Shown: positions 58,552 to 64,000 of the stretch, in pieces | How positions within the stretch are numbered: the first letter of the stretch is position 1 | How the letters are laid out: each line of letters starts with the position of its first letter | Origin: Dehalococcoidia bacterium | Lineage (GTDB): Bacteria > Chloroflexota > Dehalococcoidia > Lucifugimonadales > UBA3495 | Direction of reading: 5' to 3' | DNA length: 64,000 nucleotides | Assembly: GCA_963664625.1 (NCBI GenBank) | Contig: OY761541.1 | Coordinates: 2,571,670-2,635,669 of the forward strand | Notes under the pieces: model-generated | The model's database searches: none | The model's input: the letters and a program-made list of their open reading frames with translations, nothing else | What the model was told of the DNA's origin: nothing | Position numbers and translations under genes: made by a program

Positions 58552-58616
58552 AAGTCCCAACCCCGGAACCGTGTGTGCACTCAATTAAGCCGTGTTGACA
58601 TTTTGAAAAACCATAC

Positions 58617-58643
58617 CGTCATTCCGGCCTTGAGCCGGAATCC
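58617..58643 (-). repeat. REP-like hairpin repeat copy (inverted orientation)
   Basis: CGTCATTCCGGCCTTGAGCCGGAATCC. Confidence 0.8.
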
Positions 58644-58695
58644 AGTGCTCCAAATAAGAGTAACTGACCCGAAGTTAGATACGCTCAAACCCACT

Positions 58696-58728
58696 GGATT
58701 CCCGCTTTCGCAGGAATGACGGGAAATG
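58696..58728 (+). repeat. REP-like hairpin repeat copy
   Basis: GGATTCCCGCTTTCGCAGGAATGACGGGAAATG. Confidence 0.85.
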
Positions 58729-58816
58729 TCAACATAGCCTAGTGTGTGCGAGACGGGTAGGAAAGGCAATACTGGCTAACGCTACCGGCTCAGATCGTTT
58801 AGCATCCTTCTCAGCC

Positions 58817-60025
58817 CTACACCTCAATCCCCGTGGCCCTGGCCACAATATCTATGTCCTTGTCCCCGCGGCCGCTGAGGCAGACCAAGATAGTCTGGTC
58901 CTGGGGGAGGGTTTGGGCTAGTCGGGCGGCGTGGTAGATGGCGTGGGATGGTTCGAGGGCGGGGATGATGCCCTCGGTGCGGCAGAGGAGGTGGAAGCCT
59001 TCGAGGGCCTGGGGGTCGGTGACGCCGGTGTAGGAGGCGCGGCCGGACTCTTTGAGGTAGCTGTGCTCGGGGCCGACGCCGGGGTAGTCCAATCCGGCGG
59101 AGATGCTGTGGGTCTCGTGGACCTGGCCGTGTTCGTCCTGCAGCAGGTAGGACTTGGAGCCGTGGAGCACGCCCGTGCGCCCGGCGGTCAGGGTGGCCGA
59201 GTGCCGGTCGGTCTCGACCCCCTCGCCAGCGGCCTCGATGCCCACCAGCTTGACGCCGTCGTCGCTGAGGAAGGCGTGGAACGCGCCGATGGCGTTGCTG
59301 CCCCCACCCACGCACGCCACCACGTAGTCGGGGAGATGCCCGGCTGTATCGAGTATCTGCTGGCGGGCTTCCACCCCGATGACGCGCTGGAAGTCGCGCA
59401 CCAGCATGGGGTAGGGATGAGGGCCGACGACGCTGCCGATGAGGTAGTGGGTGGTCTCGACGTTGGTTACCCAGTCGCGGATGGCCTCGTTAATGGCGTC
59501 TTTGAGGGTGCGGGTGCCGGACTCGACAGGGATGACCTCGGCCTCCAGCAGGCGCATCCGGAAGACATTCAGGGACTGGCGCTGGACGTCCTCGGCGCCC
59601 ATGTAGACGATGCAGTCCAAGCCCAGCATGGCGCAGGCGGTGGCGGAGGCGACGCCGTGCTGGCCCGCACCGGTCTCGGCGATGATCCGCTGTTTGCCCA
59701 TGCTTTGGGCCAAGAGGGCTTGGCCTAAGGCGTTGTTTATCTTGTGGGCGCCCGTGTGGGCCAAGTCTTCCCGCTTGAGATATATTTTCGCGCCGCCGCA
59801 GTGCCGGGTGAGGTTCTCGGCGAAGTAAAGGGGAGTGGGACGGCCAGCGTAGGTGTTGAGGAGGTGGCCCAGCCTGGCTTGAAAATCCGGATCTTCTTTA
59901 ACGGCTGCATAGGCGGCCTCCAGTTCCTCCAAGGCGGCCATGAGCGTTTCGGGGACGAATTTTCCGCCGAAGTCGCCGAAGTGGCCCAGTTCGTCGGGAA
60001 GGGTGTCTATCGGGGTTATCGCCAT
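58817..60025 (-). CDS. trpB: Tryptophan synthase beta chain
   Basis: Start at the internal ATG ([29 protein letters not shown]) 10 nt after [17 protein letters not shown]-Lys motif. The upstream extension in the track runs through a repeat. Confidence 0.95.
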   Translation of the reverse strand: MAITPIDTLPDELGHFGDFGGKFVPETLMAALEELEAAYAAVKEDPDFQARLGHLLNTYAGRPTPLYFAENLTRHCGGAKIYLKREDLAHTGAHKINNALGQALLAQSMGKQRIIAETGAGQHGVASATACAMLGLDCIVYMGAEDVQRQSLNVFRMRLLEAEVIPVESGTRTLKDAINEAIRDWVTNVETTHYLIGSVVGPHPYPMLVRDFQRVIGVEARQQILDTAGHLPDYVVACVGGGSNAIGAFHAFLSDDGVKLVGIEAAGEGVETDRHSATLTAGRTGVLHGSKSYLLQDEHGQVHETHSISAGLDYPGVGPEHSYLKESGRASYTGVTDPQALEGFHLLCRTEGIIPALEPSHAIYHAARLAQTLPQDQTILVCLSGRGDKDIDIVARATGIEV

Positions 60026-60061
60026 GCGGTTTGCGCCTCCTTGTTTTGGTGGCTGGTGTTT

Positions 60062-60134
60062 GTCTGAATCTGGATTCTCGGGATTTGACGGGCGGATCTT
60101 GGGAATCCTGTAATCCAGTGAATCTTGATTCAGA
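60062..60134. repeat. Imperfect palindromic spacer element between trpF and trpB
   Basis: GTCTGAATCTGGATTC...GGGAATCCTGTAATCCAGTGAATCTTGATTCAGAC. The terminal arms GTCTGAATC.../...GATTCAGAC are inverted. Confidence 0.7.
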
Positions 60135-60147
60135 CGATTTCCTCTGG

Positions 60148-60801
60148 TCACCGGCTACGGGCGTTCTGGATGAAATCGCGGATTTTCTGGTGGTCTTTGA
60201 CGCCGTTGGTTTCTACGCCGCTGGAGACGTCCACTCCCCAAGGGTGGGCTACCGCCACAGCGTCGGCCACGTTGTCTGGCGACAGGCCCCCGGCCAACAG
60301 GAAGGGATGGCCCTCTCGGGAAAGCTCTGCCGCAATGCTCCAGTCGAAGCTTTCCCCGGTGCCACCCTGGAGTCCTTCGACCAGCCGGTCCAAGGTAACC
60401 ATGTGGGCCGCCTCGGAGTGGGTCAGAATCCTGTCCGACAATTCCTTGGTAGATGCCGGTGATGCTTGGCCTTGGGGGACGTGCAGCACCTTGATGACTT
60501 GGGCGTTGGTGTTGCGGCAGTAGTCCAAAGATTCCGCACCGCATAGTTGGGCGGCGTCCAGGTTGCAGGCGTTGATGATATGGTTGACTTCTTCGAGGGA
60601 CTGATCGGCAAACAGACCGACGACCTTGGGAGGGGTTTCCAGGGATCCCTTCAGTCCGGCCAGAATCTCTCGGGCGACTTCGAGTTCCAAGCGTCTGCGG
60701 CGTCCTGGAACGAAGACCAAGCCGATAAAGTCCGTCCCGGCCTGCGCGGCCACCACGGCGTCGTCAAGGGTGCGGATTCCGCAAATCTTGACTCGTGTCA
60801 T
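60148..60801 (-). CDS. trpF: N-(5'-phosphoribosyl)anthranilate isomerase
   Basis: [30 protein letters not shown]... plus the LAGGL C-terminal motif. Confidence 0.92.
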   Translation of the reverse strand: MTRVKICGIRTLDDAVVAAQAGTDFIGLVFVPGRRRRLELEVAREILAGLKGSLETPPKVVGLFADQSLEEVNHIINACNLDAAQLCGAESLDYCRNTNAQVIKVLHVPQGQASPASTKELSDRILTHSEAAHMVTLDRLVEGLQGGTGESFDWSIAAELSREGHPFLLAGGLSPDNVADAVAVAHPWGVDVSSGVETNGVKDHQKIRDFIQNARSR

Positions 60802-61649
60802 GCGCTTGCCCTCAAGGGATTCCCGCCTTCGCTGGAATGACGGGAGTGGACGAGTGTAGGGATGACGGCGTTGGATAACTCCCGGACCTTTTGTCCGACG
60901 TCGTCGGAGGTGACGATGGACTCGCCCACCAGGACGGCGTTGACGCCGTAAGCCGACAGGTCGCGCAGGTCGTCGGGGTTGTGAATGCCGCTTTCGCTGA
61001 CCAGCACCTTGTCCTCGGGGACCAAAGAGGCCAAGTCGCGGGTAACCTGGAGGTCGGTGACGAAAGTTCTCAGGTCGCGGTTGTTGATGCCAATAATTTC
61101 GGCGCCGGCGTCCAGCGCCACGTGTACCTCATCGGGTTCGTGCACCTCTACCAAGCAGTCCATGCTGAGGCTGCCCGCCAGTTGGAGGTATTCCTTGATC
61201 TGGGAAGGATTCAGGATGGCTACGATGAGCAGGATGGCGTCGGCCCCGGCAGCTCGGGCCTCGTGGACTTGGTAGGGGTCGAAGATGAAGTCCTTGCGGA
61301 GCACCGGGGCAGTGTTGCTTGCTCCGGCGGCTTTCACTTGGACGATGTGGTCCAGTTCGCCCTGGAACCTTGGGTCGGTGAGTATGGAGATGGCCGACGC
61401 GCCGTTGGCCGAATAGGTGCGGGCCAGGTCCACGGGGTCGAAATCGGGCCGGAGCAGGCCGCGGGAAGGCGAGGCTTTCTTGACCTCTGCGATGAGCCGG
61501 ACGCCCCCGGCTTTAAGGGCGCCGGACATGCTCAGGGCGGGCGGCTGGGACGCGATTTTGTCAGCCAGCGCCTCTATGGGTACAGCATACTTTTGTCGGG
61601 CCAGTTCTTCTGTCTTGGCGGCTACTATTTCGTCGAGGATGTTCGGCAT
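60798..61649 (-). CDS. trpC: Indole-3-glycerol phosphate synthase (C-terminal about 25 aa encoded by a REP copy)
   Basis: Start at the internal ATG (MPNILDEIVAAKTEEL). IAEVKKASPS, ISILTD, NNRDL and ESGI motifs. The stop overlaps the trpF ATG (ATGA). Confidence 0.92.
   Translation of the reverse strand: MPNILDEIVAAKTEELARQKYAVPIEALADKIASQPPALSMSGALKAGGVRLIAEVKKASPSRGLLRPDFDPVDLARTYSANGASAISILTDPRFQGELDHIVQVKAAGASNTAPVLRKDFIFDPYQVHEARAAGADAILLIVAILNPSQIKEYLQLAGSLSMDCLVEVHEPDEVHVALDAGAEIIGINNRDLRTFVTDLQVTRDLASLVPEDKVLVSESGIHNPDDLRDLSAYGVNAVLVGESIVTSDDVGQKVRELSNAVIPTLVHSRHSSEGGNPLRASA
60816..60850 (+). repeat. REP-like hairpin repeat copy, inside the 3' end of the trpC reading frame
   Basis: GGGATTCCCGCCTTCGCTGGAATGACGGGAGTGGA. 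On the minus strand it is translated as ...[16 protein letters not shown]. Confidence 0.9.
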
Positions 61650-61659
61650 ATCAGCTTCT

Positions 61660-62688
61660 CTAGCTCCCATTCCGGCCCAAGCTCTGGGTAAGCTCAACGA
61701 ACTTGTCCAGCTTATCCAATGCCGCGCCGCTGTCGATGATTTGCGCGGCCATTTCCACGCCCTCACGGATGGTCGAGACCAGGTCTCCCACCAGCAAAAC
61801 GCCGGCGCTGTTGAGCAGGACCATGTCGCGCACCGGCCCCGGTTCGCCCTGGAGGAGCCGGCGCATGGTGGCGGCGTTCTGCTCCCTGTCTCCACCGCGC
61901 ACGGCCTCGACCGGCGTGAGGGGAAGGCCGGTATCGTCCACATGCAGGGTCCATTCCCTGACTTGGTCTCCTTGAAGTTCCCAAACGGAGGTGTCCCCGG
62001 ATAGGGATATTTCGTCCAAGCCGCCGTGGCCGTGGACAATCATGGCGCGGTGGGAGCCAAGCAGCCGCAGCACCTCGGCCATGGTCGCGCCCAGCTCAGG
62101 GAAGGCCACGCCGATAAGCTGGACTTGGGCGCCGGCGGGATTGGTTAGCGGTCCCAGGATGTTGAACACGGTGCGTATGCCGATTTCCCGCCGGACGGGG
62201 CCCGCGTGGCGCATTGCGGGATGGAAGGCTTGGGCGAACATGTATCCGACGCCCACCTCGTTGATGCAACGGGCAACGACGTCGGGTGTAAGCTCGATGC
62301 TTGCGCCTAGGGCCTCAAGGATGTCGGCGCTGCCGCAGGAGCTTGAGGCGGCGCGGTTGCCGTGCTTGGCGACTTTCAGTCCGGCGCCCGCTGCGACAAA
62401 GGCGGTGGCGGTGGAGATGTTGAAGGAGTTGCTGCCGTCGCCGCCGGTGCCCACGGTATCCACTACCGTTCCGTCAACCTCCACTCTCAGGGCGAACTCG
62501 CGCATGACGGCGGCCATGCCGGCTATTTCCTGAGTGGTCTCCCCCTTAAGCCGTAGGGCTGTAAGGAAGGACCCCAGTTGGGCCGGGGTAGCTTCGCCTC
62601 CCATGATTTCACGCATCACAGCCGATGCGTCGGCCATGTCGAGGGAACCGCCGGAGACTACTTGGTCGATTGCTTCACGGATGTTCAA
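61660..62688 (-). CDS. trpD: Anthranilate phosphoribosyltransferase
   Basis: DTVGTGGDGSNSFNISTA and KHGNRAASS motifs. Confidence 0.95.
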   Translation of the reverse strand: MNIREAIDQVVSGGSLDMADASAVMREIMGGEATPAQLGSFLTALRLKGETTQEIAGMAAVMREFALRVEVDGTVVDTVGTGGDGSNSFNISTATAFVAAGAGLKVAKHGNRAASSSCGSADILEALGASIELTPDVVARCINEVGVGYMFAQAFHPAMRHAGPVRREIGIRTVFNILGPLTNPAGAQVQLIGVAFPELGATMAEVLRLLGSHRAMIVHGHGGLDEISLSGDTSVWELQGDQVREWTLHVDDTGLPLTPVEAVRGGDREQNAATMRRLLQGEPGPVRDMVLLNSAGVLLVGDLVSTIREGVEMAAQIIDSGAALDKLDKFVELTQSLGRNGS

Positions 62689-62749
62689 GGATGTTGCTCC
62701 TGGAAGATGGGCGTCAAATTCTGGTCGGATCGTTTCATATTCTCCGAAC

Positions 62750-62992
62750 TCAAGATTGTCTGACGGCTTGCAGAAATTCCTCTCTGGTGACGCCCAGTTG
62801 GGTACAGATAGCCCTTAATGTAGAAGACTTCAGGGTGCGATGATTTGGCATGACTAACGGAGTTTCGGTCCCGTCGCTGTTGTCTCTTGTCATGATTATA
62901 TGTGCGCCCGTCCTGATAACCCGAAATCCAAGTATCTCAAAGGTCCTGATTGCTCTGGCTCTTGATAAATCTCTGGGAAATCTTGCCATCAA
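62750..62992 (-). CDS. hicA: HicA-family toxin (YcfA-like mRNA interferase)
   Basis: 80 aa. RARAIRTFEILGFRVIRTGAHIIMTRDN....LVMPNHRTLKSSTLRAICTQLGVTREEF is a typical HicA layout. Confidence 0.75.
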   Translation of the reverse strand: MMARFPRDLSRARAIRTFEILGFRVIRTGAHIIMTRDNSDGTETPLVMPNHRTLKSSTLRAICTQLGVTREEFLQAVRQS

Positions 62993-63213
62993 ACTGGAAT
63001 TTCGGCGTCAACCAAATAAGCTTCGAGCATAGAAGTATGTTCTTCCAATGAATCTTTCCCGAAGGTTGCTACGTATAAGCAAATTGCCGACTTCACGTCT
63101 TCTAAAACTTCTTGATAAGTATCACCTTGCCCCACGATGACGCCTTTCAGGCCTACCGGATAGGCAACGAATCCATCGTGGTGCTTTTCGACCAATACTT
63201 TCATACGTTTCAT
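62989..63213 (-). CDS. hicB: HicB-family antitoxin (UPF0150)
   Basis: 74 aa. KVLVEKHHDGFVAYPVGLKGVIVGQGDTYQEVLEDVKSAICLYV. 4-nt overlap with hicA. Confidence 0.7.
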   Translation of the reverse strand: MKRMKVLVEKHHDGFVAYPVGLKGVIVGQGDTYQEVLEDVKSAICLYVATFGKDSLEEHTSMLEAYLVDAEIPV

Positions 63214-63230
63214 GAAGTTCCACCGCTAAA

Positions 63231-63584
63231 TTAAAGTTTGCTAAGGTCGGCTAACCTTCGCATGACCTCCTCGTGGGGGATTCCTTCACCATTGTCGAGC
63301 TCTTCAAGCCCTATCTCGACTTTAAGAATCACGTACAGCCAATCCACCGCTTCATCAATCGTCTCGTCGTGAGGCAGTCCACCGGGCAACCGCTGGAACG
63401 ACTCGATCACTTGGGCTTTCTTGAGGGGGAATGTGGCTCCGGGAGTGGCTTTCCGCCCATGTTTTGGGTGTTCCAAATTCAACGGAACCGTGTAGAGCTT
63501 GCTTAACCGGACGACGGCTTCGTCAAAGGTGAAGTGGTCCGGGAATCCCTGTATCAGGTTCAGGATATCTTCTTTGGCAGTCAT
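63231..63584 (-). CDS. Small helical protein with an internal duplication (antitoxin-like, unassigned)
   Basis: Two similar halves: EDILNLIQGFPDHFTFDEAVVRL and AQVIESFQRLPGGLPHDETIDEAVDWL. The C-terminus reads LKVEIGLEELDNGEGIPHEEVMRRL. Confidence 0.45.
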   Translation of the reverse strand: MTAKEDILNLIQGFPDHFTFDEAVVRLSKLYTVPLNLEHPKHGRKATPGATFPLKKAQVIESFQRLPGGLPHDETIDEAVDWLYVILKVEIGLEELDNGEGIPHEEVMRRLADLSKL

Positions 63585-63615
63585 GTTGATGCCTCGGCGA
63601 TTTCTTCTAACCGGA

Positions 63616-64000
63616 TTATTGTTGCATTGTACTGTATTCTTCCACGCGGTTGAGGAAGTTTTGCAGCAGGTGTTTGCCGTCGGGGGTCATTATGGACTCC
63701 GGGTGGAACTGGACGGCTTCGACCGGGTATTCCTTGTGGCGCAGGCCCATGATGAGGCCATTGTCGGTCCAGGCGGTTACTTCCAGGCAGTCGGGAACGG
63801 TCTCGGGGTAGATGACGAGGGAGTGGTAGCGTATGGCCTCGAAGGGTTGGGGCAGGCCCGACAGGACTCCGGCGCCGTTGTGGTGGATCATGGATGTCTT
63901 GCCGTGGCGAATCTCGCCGGCCCGGTCAACCTTTGCGCCGTAGACGTGGCCGACGCACTGGTGGCCGAGGCAGACGCCCAAGGTGGGAAGTCTTGGACCA
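63616..64000 (-). CDS. trpG: Anthranilate synthase component II (glutamine amidotransferase), 5' end outside window
   Basis: GVCLGHQ catalytic Cys motif and VQFHPES. The frame is open to the window edge. Confidence 0.9.
   Translation of the reverse strand, partial: GPRLPTLGVCLGHQCVGHVYGAKVDRAGEIRHGKTSMIHHNGAGVLSGLPQPFEAIRYHSLVIYPETVPDCLEVTAWTDNGLIMGLRHKEYPVEAVQFHPESIMTPDGKHLLQNFLNRVEEYSTMQQ

Overview
High-GC (about 60%) bacterial chromosomal segment. The gene content (F420/LLM/PPOX-type oxidoreductases, DinB/MDMPI, BtpA, several Uma2 genes, CaiB, D-aminoacylase, split methylmalonyl-CoA mutase) suggests Chloroflexota-like, but that is a low-confidence inference. The backbone is housekeeping: mutM, ileS, a TPP-riboswitch-controlled thiC-GYD-thiD operon, uvrA, rex, a complete F1Fo ATP synthase operon (atpZ-B-E-F-H-A-G-D-C), coaD/rsmD, ribF-tyrS, mcm large subunit, tRNA-Pro(GGG), and trpG-D-C-F-B. 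I saw no rRNA, CRISPR array, transposase or integrase. The main hunt result is three AT-richer islets, each built around a paralogous ABC/SMC-like ATPase with a DUF3696-type C-terminus but with different partners. (1) 10062-12176: Phd-type antitoxin + ATPase + PIN-like protein. (2) 19991-23174: DUF262/ParB-like protein + ATPase + 315-aa unknown protein, a Menshen-like composition. (3) 56349-58551: ATPase + PIN-like protein + a 2TM/PH-like membrane protein. The ATPase-PIN pairing occurs twice with the same ATGA start/stop overlap. I cannot assign it to any named toxin-antitoxin or defence system, so it is my best candidate for an undescribed system. Secondary observations are small selfish or accessory genes wedged into housekeeping operons: a retropepsin-like gene in the atp operon, HicAB plus a repeat protein in the trp operon, and Uma2 genes at operon ends. 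There is also a dispersed REP-like hairpin family of about 11 copies (one nested, one translated as the trpC C-terminus) and an AT-rich palindromic element present at two loci just upstream of start codons. All product calls rest on motif recognition by eye; no database search was run.
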